DNA of 64,000 nucleotides from Eledone cirrhosa (taxonomy: Eukaryota): assembly GCA_964016885.1 (NCBI GenBank), contig OZ024755.1, forward strand, positions 34,596,001-34,660,000, written 5' to 3'. Numbering within the stretch: position 1 is the first letter of the stretch; the number at the start of each line of letters is the position of its first letter. The position numbers and the translations under genes were made by a program. The notes beneath the pieces are model-generated. The model was not told the DNA's origin and ran no database searches. It worked only from the letters and a program-made list of their open reading frames with translations. This document shows positions 12,875-25,389 of the stretch, piece after piece.

Positions 12875-13067
12875 CATGCGTATATGTGTGTATATATGTA
12901 TATGTGTGTATGTATATATGTGTGTATACATGTGTGTGTATATATATATATGTCGATAGATATGTGTTTATATATATCTATAGATATATGTTTATATATA
13001 AATATATCTATAGATATATGTTTATATATATATATATATATATGTTTATATATATATATATATATAT

Positions 13068-13107
<40 letters not shown>

Positions 13108-13112
13108 GTATA

Positions 13113-13144
<32 letters not shown>

Positions 13145-13170
13145 ATATATATATATATAATATATAATAT

Positions 13171-13203
<33 letters not shown>

Positions 13204-13489
13204 CACTCACATTTATCATGCTTGTAATATCTCTCTATATTCATGGACCAATTTGAGATAGATGTATTTTCTTAAGGAGAAAATAAATAAATAAAAGATA
13301 AGGAAAGATATCAAAATATGAAATAAAGTAAAATATACAAACAAGACAAAAAAAAAAGATTGTAAATAATAAAAAAAAAATGAGAAAAAAAACGAGTAAT
13401 TTTTTTCATTTTTTTTATTTAATGTTGCTTTTCTTTCAAGTATTTGGATTAGCATCATATATATTGAAAAAAGAATCAAAGCAGAATGA

Positions 13490-14285
13490 CATAACAATCA
13501 TCAGCATCACCACAAACAACAACAACATCCCCACCACCATCAACACCACAACCACCATAAATATCACATCACCATCACCACCTGCAACCCTACACCACTT
13601 GCACCCTACCATCACTACCATCACCACCACCACCACCAACACTACCATCACCAGCACCCCCATAAATAACATCACTTCACCAACACCACCACCATCACCA
13701 CCAACATCAATACCACCACCAACAACACCAACACCAACAACACCACCAACACCACCACTACCAACACCACCACTACCAACAACACCACCAACAACACCAA
13801 CAACGCCAACAACTCCACAACCAACACCACCACCACAATACCACCACCAACATCAACACCACCATTGACACTACCAACAACAATACCACCACCATCACCA
13901 CCAACAACAACACCACCAATACCACAACAACAACACCACTACCACCAACAACAACACCATAACACCACCAACACCACCACCACCAAAACAACAACAACAA
14001 CAACAACAACACCACCACCACCACCAACACCACCACTACCAACAACAACAACAACACCACCACCAACAGCAACAACACAACCACCACAACACCACCACCA
14101 CCAACACCACCACCACTACCAACAACAACACCACCACCAACAGCAACACCACCACCAACAACACCAACACCACCAACAATGAGACCACCACCACCACCAC
14201 AACAACAACAACAACACCAACACCACCAAAACAACAACAACACCACCAACAACAACAACACCACCACTACCAACAACAACAACAG
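13490..14285. repeat. (ACC/AAC)n low-complexity tract
   Basis: Direct reading. Confidence 0.95.
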
Positions 14286-14600
14286 CTGTAGCATGAAAAA
14301 TTGTTAGAAAAATAAAAATAAGAAAACATTTTTTTTTTCTTTCTGGATGATTTTTATATGTATATTGAGAGGAACAATTTGTCAGTCTTATAATTGAATG
14401 TTTTCTAGAAAGAAGTTATTTTTTAAAAGAAGAACAATATTTGGTATGAAAGAAGTTACTAAAGTTAATAATGATTTCATTTATGAGCCACAAGGGCCGA
14501 CATGTAGGGGACAATACAAAGACAGGGACAGTGGGGGTTTACAATAAGGTCAAGTAAAAGTGCAAAGTTAATAATAACAGGTGCAAGTATGGCTATGCGG

Positions 14601-15716
14601 TTAACCTTTTAGCATTTAAACCGGCCATGTCGGGCGAGAATACTCTCACTTCTCTCTGTTCAAACCTGCTGTAACTGGTCACACATACTGATGTTAAGGT
14701 ATTGTTCTAAAAATAAATAATATTAAAACCTCACAGATTCGATATTATGTAAAATAAAGCCTTTACCATGAAAATACAATAGTATATATAGAGTAATGTA
14801 AATGTTATGTGAGGTATTATGTGAGGTAAAGCCTTTACCATGAAAATACAATAGTATATATAGAGTAATGTAAATGTTATGTGAGATATTATGTGAGGTA
14901 AAGCCTTTACCATGAAAATACAATAGTATATATAGAGTAATGTAAATGTTATGTGAGATATTATGTGAGGTAAAGCCTTTACTGTGAAAATACAATAGTA
15001 TATATAGAGTAATGTAAATGTTATGTGAGATATTATGTGAGGTAAAGCCTTTACCATGAAAATACAATAGTATATAGAGAGTAATGTAAATGTTATGTGA
15101 GATATTATGTGAGGTAAAGCCTTTACCATGAAAATACAATAGTATATAGAGAGTAATGTAAATGTTATGTGAGATATTATGTGAGGTAAAGCCTTTACTG
15201 TGAAAATACAATAGTATATATAGAGTAATGTAAATGTTATGTGAGATATTATGTGAGGTAAAGCCTTTACTGTGAAAATACAATAGTATATATAGAGTAA
15301 TGTAAATGTTATGTAAGATATTATGTGAGGTAAAGCCTTTACTGTGAAAATACAATAGTATATATAGAGTAATGTAAATGTTATGTGAGATATTATGTGA
15401 GGTAAAGCCTTTACTGTGAAAATACAATAGTATATATAGAGTAATGTAAATGTTATGTGAGATATTATGTGAGGTAAAGCCTTTACTGTGAAAATACAAT
15501 AGTATATATATAGTAATGTAAATGTTATGTGAGGTAAAGCCTTTACTGTGAAAATACAATAGTATATATATAGTAATGTAAATGTTATGTGAGGTAAAGT
15601 CTTTACTGTGAAAATACAATAGTATATATATAGTAATGTAAATGTTATGTGAGGTAAAGTCTTTACTCTGGAATGACAATAGTATATATAGAGTAATGTA
15701 AATGCTAAAGGGTTAA
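14601..15716 (+). mobile_element. piggyBac-like MITE expanded by an internal 72/60-bp tandem array
   Basis: TTAA-flanked TIRs at both ends; about ten 72-bp units then about four 60-bp units (14749-15705). Confidence 0.85.
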
Positions 15717-15750
15717 GATACCTAAGAAATGGGAATAATAAATAAAAGTC

Positions 15751-15963
15751 TAACCCTTTAGCATTTAAACCGGCCATATCTGGCCAGAATTCTTTCACCT
15801 CTTTCTATTCAAACCGGCTGTAACCGGCCACTCAAAATAAATAATATTAAAATCTCATAGATTCGATATTGCGTGAGATAATTACATGAGGTAAAGCCTT
15901 TATTATGAATATACAATAGTACATATATATATAGAGAGAGTAATATAAATGCTAAAGGATTAA
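15751..15963 (+). mobile_element. piggyBac-like MITE
   Basis: TAACCCTTTAGCATTTA...TAAATGCTAAAGGATTAA. Confidence 0.8.
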
Positions 15964-16204
15964 GAAGCTTGCCTCTGATCCATGATTCAATCTCGTAAAG
16001 CCTTGTGAGGAAAATACTGTAGAAAGAAACTAGGCAAACTCCTGTTGAATGTCATCATCATTATCATCATCATCATCATCCCCTCAATCATTTTACATCC
16101 TCTTTTCCATGATTGCAAGGGTTGGATGGGTATTTTACCCTATAGTATCTCTCCTCTCATTGCAGTCTTTTGTTATCTCCACTGTTATTTTCAGCAATTT
16201 GTGA

Positions 16205-16576
16205 TCAGCTCTCACATAATTATCTCACATAATATTGAATCTATGAGATGTTGATATTATTTATTTTGATTGGCGGTGAATTGGCAGTATGGGTAGAGGG
16301 TTGGACGCCATGCTTTCTAGCATAGTTACGTCCCTTTACAGTCTGAGTTCAAATCCCGCCAAGGTTAACTTTGCCTTTCATCCTTACAGGGTCGATAAAA
16401 TAAAGTACCAGTAATGTACTGGGTAATTGCTGGCCTTGTGCCTAAAGTAGAAACAATTATTTATTTTGATAACAATACCTTAACATAGATATGAGTGGCT
16501 GGTTATGGCTGGTTTAAACAGGAAGAGATGAGTGAATTCTGGCCGGATAAAGCCAGTTTAAATGCTAAAGGGTTAA
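16205..16576 (-). mobile_element. piggyBac-like MITE interrupted by SINE family A (16271-16462, +)
   Basis: MITE internal sequence on both sides of a full SINE; duplicated TTATTTATTTTGAT; ends AATGCTAAAGGGTTAA. Confidence 0.8.
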
Positions 16577-17730
16577 AAGATAAAAAGTAAAGTCAACTCG
16601 GATGAGATTTGAACTCAGGGTGAAGTGACCAAGAACAAATATCCACCAAATAACCTATATAAGTGAGCTGTTCTAACCACTGGACTGAACCAATAGAGGT
16701 AGTCTCACTGATCTTTATACTAACTTATATCAATGAGCTGTTCTATCCACTTGGCTGAACTCTCACTGATGCATTGCTGATGAGGAGACAATGCCTGAAA
16801 TCATCTACGATTCATCAACATCACTATTTAACATCTATTACCACGCTTGCATGAATTAGCTGGACTGTCATGTTATGAGGCTAGGCATGTCAGGTGACCA
16901 TACATGTCTTGCTCATACAATCTGTTTGGAGCTTTGTTTTCTATAACTGGATGCCCTTCCTAACACCAACCACCTGAAAGACTTGACTGGAAGCTTTTTG
17001 CCATGTCACCAGATACTAGATACTTATTTATTTGAAGGATATTGTCTGTAAGATGGTGGTGTGCCTGGTGGCTCTTTCTGCATCTGACTGTTGGTCAGCA
17101 ACAAAGAAGCATGAACAGACACTCCATAGTAATGGAGGAGCTAATGTATTTTTGACTTACTATCCAAACTGCCAGAGTAAAACAGCTTTGCCACTGAGAT
17201 GGCAAGGTATGGAATCAACAAAGTGACAAGAAGTCACATACTTTTTCAATATAATATGGAAATCTGAATTTTTTTCCAGTGGCTGAACAAATGCAGGTAG
17301 AAAGATTACATAAACTGCAGAGGTATATCTTAACATCTCTTAGGATGATCTATACTATTTTTTTGAACCAGATCAATAATAAATCTGTAAAACCTTTTAT
17401 TCAAAGAGTCAATATGACATTAGGGAATGGTGAGAACATTATCTTCCATAGACAATGTTAAATTCTTATTCTTAAGCAATGATCAAATTCTCAGCCGTAT
17501 TTTAAAATACATTATAAAACACATAATAACCACATGCATACATGTGTATGGACACACATGTGTATATATTTATATATGTGCACATCATTATAAACATCTA
17601 CATGTTTCAATGTTTGCCATGTGTAAATAAAAATGTAAACCTTTTAAAAAGCAATAAAAGAATTGCTGTACATACATAAATCCACCCACCATGCTTAAAG
17701 ATAATAAAAAATGCAACCAAGAATATTACC

Positions 17731-18757
17731 TTAACTCTTTAGCATTTACATTACTCTATATATACTATTGTATTTTTGTGGTAAAGGCTGGTTTGAACAG
17801 AAAGAGGTGAGAGAATTCTGGCCAGATACAGCCAGTTTGAACAGAAAGAGGTGAGAGAATTCTGGCCGGATACAGCCAGTTTGAACAGAAAGAAGTGAGG
17901 GATTCTGGCCGGATACAGCCAGTTTGAACAGAAAGAGGTTAGAGAATTCTGGCCGGATACAGCCAGTTTGAACAGAAAGAAGTGAGAGAATTCTGGCCAG
18001 ATACAGCTGGTTTAAACAGAAAGAAGTGAGAGAATTCTGGCCAGATACAGCTGGTTTAAACAGAAAGAGGTGAGAGAATTCTGGCCGGATACAGCTGGTT
18101 TAAACAGAAAGAGGTGAGAGAATTCTGGCCAGATACAGCTGGTTTAAACAGAAATAAGTGAGAGTATTCTGGCCGGATACAGCCAGTTTGAACAGAAAGA
18201 AGTGAGAGAATTCTGGCCGGATACAGCTGGTTTAAACAGAAAGAGGTGAGAGAATTCTGGCCAGATACAGCCAGTTTGAACAGAAAGAGGTTAGAGAATT
18301 CTGGCCGGATACAGCCAGTTTGAACAGAAAGAAGTGAGGGATTCTGGCCAGATACAGCCAGTTTGAACAGAAAGAAGTGAGAGAATTCTAGCCGGATACA
18401 GCCAGTTTGAACAGAAAGAAGTGAGGGATTCTGGCCAGATACAGCCAGTTTGAACAGAAAGAAGTGAGAGAATTCTGGCCGGATACAGCTGGTTTAAACA
18501 GAAAGAGGTGAGAGAATTCTGGCCAGATACAGCCAGTTTGAACAGAAAGAGGTGAGAGAATTCTGGCCAGATACAGCCAGTTTGAACAGAAAGAGGTTAA
18601 GAATTCTGGCCAGATACATCCAGTTTGAACAGAAAGAGGTTAAGAATTCTGGCCAGATACAGCCAGTTTGAACAGAAAGAGGTTAGAGAATTCTGGCCGG
18701 ATACAGCCAGTTTGAACAGAAAGAAGTGAGGAATTCTGGCCAGATACAGCCCATTTA
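17731..18757 (-). repeat. piggyBac-like MITE expanded by a ~44-bp tandem array (~22 units)
   Basis: Starts TTAACTCTTTAGCATTTA; unit TTGAACAGAAAGAGGTGAGAGAATTCTGGCCAGATACAGCCAGT is MITE sub-terminal sequence. Confidence 0.85.
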
Positions 18758-19004
18758 AGACTCTCAAATCTTTCTTTCAATGAATCTGTATGTCTATAAT
18801 GATGCACTCCTTAAGAACAGATACCAAGAAAAATACAATGCTTACATAACACAGTATTAACACATAAGAAGTAAATTAAAACTAGAAGTATTAATTGCAT
18901 TAGCCCTTCATTTAATTTACAATTATTTACTGATGATGATAATGATGTAAATACTCTATTCTTTACAATAATGTTTCTCTCTAACAATTATTATTTGTTT
19001 CTAC

Positions 19005-19520
19005 GGTGGATTAGCAGTATCGGTAGAGGGTCGGACGCCATGCTTTCCAGCATAGTTACGTCCCTTTACGATCTGAGTTCAAATCCCACTGAGGTTGACT
19101 TTGCCTTTTATCCTTACGGGGTCGATAAAATAAAGTACCAGTAATGCACTGGGTAATTGCTGGCCTTGTGCCTAAAGTAGAAACAATTATTTGTTTCTAC
19201 TTTAGGCACAAAGCCAACAATTTGAACACATACACTCTATGTTTTCGTCCTGTACTGTCATAATGTTTTTCTTGATGTGGACCTTTTGTGGGTAATAAAG
19301 AAAACATTATTATTCATATTCATTATTATTATTGGATTGGCAGTATCGGTAGATGGTCGGACGCCATGCTTTGCAGCATTGAGTTACGGCCCTTGCCATT
19401 CTGAGTTCAAATGTCGCCGAGGTTAACTTTGCCTTTCATCCTTACGAGGTCGATAAAATAAAGTACCAGTAATACACTGGGTAATTGCTGGCCTTATGCC
19501 AAAAGTAGAAACAATTATTA
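19005..19520 (+). mobile_element. Two SINE family A copies (19005-19190, 19333-19520)
   Basis: Heads and tails present; TSD TTATTTGTTTCTAC around the first. Confidence 0.85.
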
Positions 19521-20520
19521 TTATTTAAGTTTTATTTGTGGTTATTTATACTTTACTTACCGAAACATTTAATCTAGCATTTCTTAAGTAATTATTTATA
19601 TATTATTATTTTTATTGCTAATGATTACTGCTTTACCAAGCACAGCTCTGCGCACCTTGGTATTACTATTATTATTATCATTATTATTATTATTATCTGT
19701 ACAATATTTATACATGAGTGGTTAGTCTGCAGCTAATATTTCTATTATTAACTCCAAGATATTAATCCATTGCATGCAGTATATCTTTTTATTTTTACAT
19801 TTCCAATCACCCACTTTTGCTATTTTTACGTTGCCTCTATTTTAAACTCCATCCTTACTCATACATCTAGCTTTTATGTGTTACAGTTAGTTGTACACTA
19901 TTTGTAATTTATCAGACATCATTTATCTATCACATAGCAAGTATCATTTTATTATTCATTACTTGGATCAACATTGCTTACCAAATCACCCCTTCCCCCT
20001 CACACTTTAGGTTATTTTTACAGTTTAGATTATTTCATATATTTCACATTACCCTTTCACATTCCACACTTTTATTATATTTTTTTATATTGATTACCAT
20101 TTGTAGTTTTACTTTTACCTTTATTCTTATTTTTACCATTTTTATATATACTTTTTCTTTCATTTTTATTTTTTATTTTCTAATTTATATTTTTATTTTT
20201 ATATTAACCTTTATATTTATTTTTAATTCAAATTGGTTAATCTATATATCTGGTCTCATTATCTCAAACCTTTACATTTTTACATTACTTTATATTCCAT
20301 ACATCATTATTTTATATTATTATTCGATATATCTGATCTATGTATTTCTCAGCTTATTTGAACTATATCGTTCCAAACTTTATTTATTTATTTATTTATT
20401 CCTTGAATTTTTTACATGTCTTCATGATTTTATTTGTCAAAATACATATTTTCCATTTTTATTTTATGTGTTCCATTTCATATTTCTCATTCATAATTTT
20501 ATTGGACATTTCTAATTATA

Positions 20521-21209
20521 TACAGGGAAATCTCGGTTCACGAACAACTCTCATCATCAACAAATCAGTTCGTGAATAATTTTTCTGAACATAAAACATC
20601 TCGGTTGACGAATGGTGTCTCAAGATTCGAACATGCAAGCCAGCAAAAACAGCTGCTGGCAAGCTGGAAGTATCCGCAGGAAAGCGTCACTGGCTGTGTT
20701 GTTAGTTACTACTAGACCACCTGTGACCCATAGGGTCAGGTTCTCTTAAGAATTTTATTTTAAATCATGTTCACTTAAAAATAATTTTTAAATAATTAAA
20801 ATATACAGGGACATATTTCTCTTACAATATACACTCTCACAACCACTATCTCTTTCTCTCTATCTTTCTATCTCCCTATTTATGAAGGTACCCAGAAAAA
20901 CTCTGCATTTTGGGAACCCATGCACCAAATTACACAAAATTTGTTTTATTCCATTTGTATTCTCATTTCAGGGGCAATTTCCTTTCTAAGTATTTTCCCA
21001 TTAGGCACTGTAATGGCTGTATTAAATTACAGACAAGACATAATCACAGAGTTTTAGCAGTGTATAGATGGTGATATCCCTCTCTCTTCCTCTCACTGTA
21101 TTTCTCTCTCAACATTTCGAATGAGAAAAATCGTTTCGGTTTACAAACATTTCAGATGACAAATGACATCCAGGAACAAATTAAATTCATAAACTGAAGT
21201 CCTACAGTA
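20521..21209. mobile_element. Degenerate pogo/Tigger-like MITE with a nested insertion (~20708-21075)
   Basis: TA-CAGGGAAATCTCGGTTCACGAAC at left; degenerate ATTCATAAACTGAAGTCCTACAG-TA at right. Confidence 0.55.
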
Positions 21210-21738
21210 TATCTATGTAAAAGGGGAGGACAGCTGTGTGTTTTTAAGATTGGGATGAATAATAAATAATACAGGATACAAAAATTGAACCTGGCTTTTT
21301 TAAATTACCCCCAAAATTGGTACTTAAGAGGATGTGATTATGTCTTGCTTTTTTCAAATTTTTGTAAAATGATAAAATTAAGCAAGATCAAAAGTCTTGC
21401 ATGAAACCGAATAATTCGTGTAAATTGTAATAAATTATATTTTCCCAAGATGACATATGAAGAGTTGAAACTTTGTATATGTTGAAGAAAAGGGGATAGA
21501 AAAAATATTTTGAAACGTATTTTTTTGTGCAATTGGAATCTCTAATGTTCAAAATATGAATCTGAAGTACTTTGAAAAAGAAATCCAAAATATAAAAAAA
21601 TAGAAGCAATTACCTATTTTGATGAATTTTCTTATATGTTTTGGTAATTCAAGAAAGCCAAGTTAAATCTTCATATTCCCCATTATGTCAACATCTACCA
21701 ACTTTCATTTTTATATCATGCATTTTTATTTAACCCTT

Positions 21739-21776
<38 letters not shown>

Positions 21777-21839
21777 TCTATATATGTCTGTGTGTGTGTA
21801 TGTATATATATGTGTGTGTCTCTATATATGTCTGTGTGT

Positions 21840-22054
21840 GTTACATTACTCTATATATAGCATTATATTTTTTAGGTAAAGGCTTTACCTCACATAATTA
21901 TTTCACATAATATCGAATCTACAAGATTTTGATGTTATTTATTTTGAGAACAATACCTTAACATCAGTATGAGTGGTCAGTTACAGCCAGTATGAACAGA
22001 AAGAGGTGAGAGAATTCTGGCTGGATATGGCCAGTTTAAATGCTAAAGGGTTAA
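21840..22054 (-). mobile_element. piggyBac-like MITE
   Basis: Family internal sequence, ends TAAATGCTAAAGGGTTAA. Confidence 0.8.
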
Positions 22055-22284
22055 GTATATAAAATGAAAATAGGTAAATGTAGAAGGTGGTGGCATCTTG
22101 AAAATTGGAACTGGCAATAATGGAAATGGTGGCTTCTGACAGGAATGTCTGAGGACTCTGGCTCTCACATCATTCCTGGGAATATGTCAGTGAAGAAGGA
22201 GGAGGAGAAGACATTTCTATTTTTCAGTTCTGGGTCTTTTACTTTTTGACATTTTCAAGTACTTTCAAATATCATTCCTCTATA

Positions 22285-23045
22285 CTATTAATATATATTA
22301 ATTTCAAGAACGTCAGTATTCCGTGTGTCATAATTCTCGATTATCATTGGTTCATAGGTTTCAAACGACTTCGCCCACCTCAATGACGCCAAACTTAAAT
22401 TAATACGCATAATGCCAATGAGGGAGTGAGAGGGGAGAGTAAGAAACAGAGAGGCAAAGTGAACGCTGTAACTATTACCATGTGTGTGTGTGTATGTACG
22501 TGCGCGTATGTTTATGTGTGTGTGCGTGCGTGCAGCGTTCCACAGAAAGTAAAAACTATCAACATGTGTGTGTAAGTGCATGGGTGCATGTGTAAATTTG
22601 CGTGCGTGTGCGCGTTTCCATGCGTGTATGTGTGTGTACGTGGGGCATTCCACAATCGCCACGCAGTTTATCTGTCTGTGTGCCTGTCTGTCAGTCTAAC
22701 ATACACAGAGTTGTGAAGGGAGTAAATAGGGACCCTTTTTTACATTGACGGACATCTTTTATATTTATTATTGTGTCATTTTTTGACAATTGCTCGAAAT
22801 GAATACAGATAATAAAAGCAATTCGACTTTATCAAATAGTGAACTACAGTGGCGATGGCATGTAGCCAGGAATGAAGAAAAACGGGCCGAACAGCGCCAT
22901 CGGAATGCTGAACATCAGAGGCAAAGACGTGCCACCATGAATGAAGAGGAGCTGGCTGAACAACACTAACGAAACATTGGAGCCAAGCAGCGATGCTGTG
23001 CTGCAATGGTTGAAGACGGACTGGCTGAGCATCATCTTTTATATT
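22285..23045 (+). mobile_element. Helitron-like 5' remnant with short charged ORF (22799-22969)
   Basis: ORF ...NEEKRAEQRHRNAEHQRQRRATMNEEELAEQH resembles charged repeats at RepHel N-termini; shares ATAATGCCAATGAG with 62344. Confidence 0.45.
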
Positions 23046-23050
23046 AATTA

Positions 23051-23405
23051 TCTATATCTACATATAATATAAAAGATTGGAACTTCCATCATCCTTTTGA
23101 GAAACGTGGAGCAACCACATCTATGCAATGATACACGTTTTTAAAGTCAGGCAGAAGATGAACCATCTCCTAGAGGTCACTATTCTAGGTGGGAGCACGT
23201 AGAATTGTTCATATACTATGCACAAACGGTACAACGAAAAATCTGGTATATCTGGAAGATATTTTTTTACTGTTTTTTGTATCACACAGACTCCATAGAC
23301 TCACCTCATACTGTAACCAGACAAACATCCAATACAATCATTTTCTCTTTCACCTGTCTTCTCTTATCATCTGTTTACCCGGGCGAAGCTGGGTACGTCA
23401 GCTAG
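23051..23405 (+). mobile_element. Non-autonomous Helitron
   Basis: 5' A|TC, subterminal hairpin ACCCGGGCGAAGCTGGGT, 3' CTAG|T; 3' region homologous to 62990-63092. Confidence 0.75.
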
Positions 23406-23757
23406 TATATATCTATATCTATATATCTATATATATCTATATCTATATATATCTATCTATCTATATATATATATTATCAGTAACTGCCCCCAAGTTCATT
23501 AAATCAACTATAGAACCATTTTCACACGAAACCTACCTTTCCACAACTCAGACATATTACAATCCCACACAAGATTATTTATCAAGCCAAAAATTATGGT
23601 TTTGCCTTATGGCCAAAAGAAGGTAGGAGCAAAATGTTAGTAGCAGGGTTAGTCTGCAGCAGCACTTACTCTTTTACCTTGGATCAGTTTTAGTTGCATA
23701 TTCAATGAAGTTCGAAACCAGGAGAAATCATCCATTCTTTCTATAAGTTTTCATAAT

Positions 23758-24191
23758 TTAATCCTTTAGCATTTACATTACTGTATATTACATTACATTT
23801 ACACTACTCTATATTTACACTACTCTATATTTACATTACTCTATATTTACATTACTCTATATTTACATTACTGTAAATTTACATTACATTTACATTACTC
23901 TATATTTACATTACATTTACATTACTCTATATTTACACTACTCTACATTACTCTATATTTACACTACTCTATATTTACATTACTCTACATTTACATTACT
24001 CTACATTTACTATTTTATTTTCACAGTAAATGCTTTATCTCACATAATATTGAAACTACGAGATTTTGATGACATTTATTTTGAGAACAATACCTTAACA
24101 CTAGTATGAGCAGCCAGTTACAACCAGTTTGAACAGAAAAAGGTGAGAGAACTCAGGTCGGATATGGCCGGTTTAAATGCTAAAGGGTTAA
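23758..24191 (-). mobile_element. piggyBac-like MITE expanded by a 16-bp tandem array
   Basis: TTAA-flanked TIRs; unit TTTACATTACTCTATA repeated over ~23772-24010. Confidence 0.8.
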
Positions 24192-24879
24192 AGGTACAAA
24201 TTATAGATATTAGAATTTTTTTTTAACACAATATGTGTGTATATGTGCATATGTATAGTGATTGGTGCAGTTCGGTGGTGGGTTTAATGGGAAATGTGAG
24301 AAGACCAGGTCTGTTCTAGCTCATTCTACAGAAGGTGTCTGATGTTGATTATAGGTGTATGGTTTATGTATCGTTCAAGGTTGGCTTTGATTTTCTGGGT
24401 GTGTATAATTATATGTTAGGGCAACCGATAGTCTTAGTTGCATATTTATATAAATATAATACAGAATATAAAGCAGAAAACACAAAAAGGGGTTATGTTT
24501 TCATTTTTTTTTTCTGCTTTATATACTGTATTATTGAGAGCCCAGTAATTTGTTCCTTGAGCTCATAAAATTACAGGGGATTAACGTGAGTCTTTAACTC
24601 CGTTTTTTTTCAATTGATATATATATATAATTGATATATAATAATAATAATAATCCCATCACCACTGCATCATTGCTACCACCACTATTCCCTCACTACC
24701 TCCTGTTAAGAGAGGGAAGGTAGTAGTGCCACTACACATGACTAGAAACGAGGAAGTCACCAAAAGATGTAAATAGACTGATTTAGTGACCCAGTCAAAC
24801 AGCTAACAACAACACCATAATAATTATTGTTGTTGTATCTCTAAACTCTCTGAAAATGTTTAGTTTAAACGATGTCAAA

Positions 24880-25388
24880 TAATAATAATATTGATGATTT
24901 CTTTATTGGCCACAAGGGCTGACATCAAGAAAAACATTACAGACGGCACTGGACGGTACGATGTGGGTTTTGTGCGTGTAAAGATTTTTATTATTTATAT
25001 AAGAAATGAAAAAGAAAAAGAGACATAGAAACATATATATGTATAAACAATAAAAATGAAAATTCAAACAATGAAAAATTCCTCAATAGGAGGGAAACCT
25101 CCGAGGGTTACTCGTGGCGAAAACCACACAAAAGACCATAGTCACCCTGACCACCAGGGCAAGCACCCTCTCTCAATTTTTTCCCATTCCTCAAACTACA
25201 AGCTTATATTCAGAGCGGTCCCGCTCACTCGGACCATTCTCGCTACATTCACCCACCTTTCAACAAACTTGCTAGAAGACAGCACTTGCCTCTCCACCCT
25301 GATTTTCCTCTTTAAGTGAAACTTGAAAAAGTTAATCAGGGATTTGCCGAAGAGGAAAGTGTCTGTCTTTAACCTTGTCCACCACACA
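24880..25388 (-). mobile_element. L1/Tx1-like LINE 3' end
   Basis: Minus ORF LINFFKFHLKRKIRVERQVLSSSKFVERWVNVARM, then 3'UTR with AATAAA and (ATT)n tail; related to 36350-36490. Confidence 0.6.
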
Positions 25389-25389
25389 A

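Noticed and set aside
13380-14294. Mucin-like Thr/Pro ORFs and Gly/Asp ORFs near 8400
   Set aside because: Trinucleotide low-complexity tracts with no supporting gene structure
14723-15798. 318- and 355-aa repeat ORFs
   Set aside because: Products of the 72/60-bp MITE-derived array, whose periods are multiples of 3
16777-16800. CTGATGA...GAAA hammerhead-like core
   Set aside because: No convincing stem I or cleavage triplet follows
17271-17302. Possible micro-exon TTTTTCCAG|...CAG|GTAGA
   Set aside because: Splice-like signals alone are common by chance; no supporting homology
17788-18757. Regular short repeats resembling a CRISPR array
   Set aside because: Head-to-tail units without unique spacers, derived from a MITE, in eukaryotic DNA
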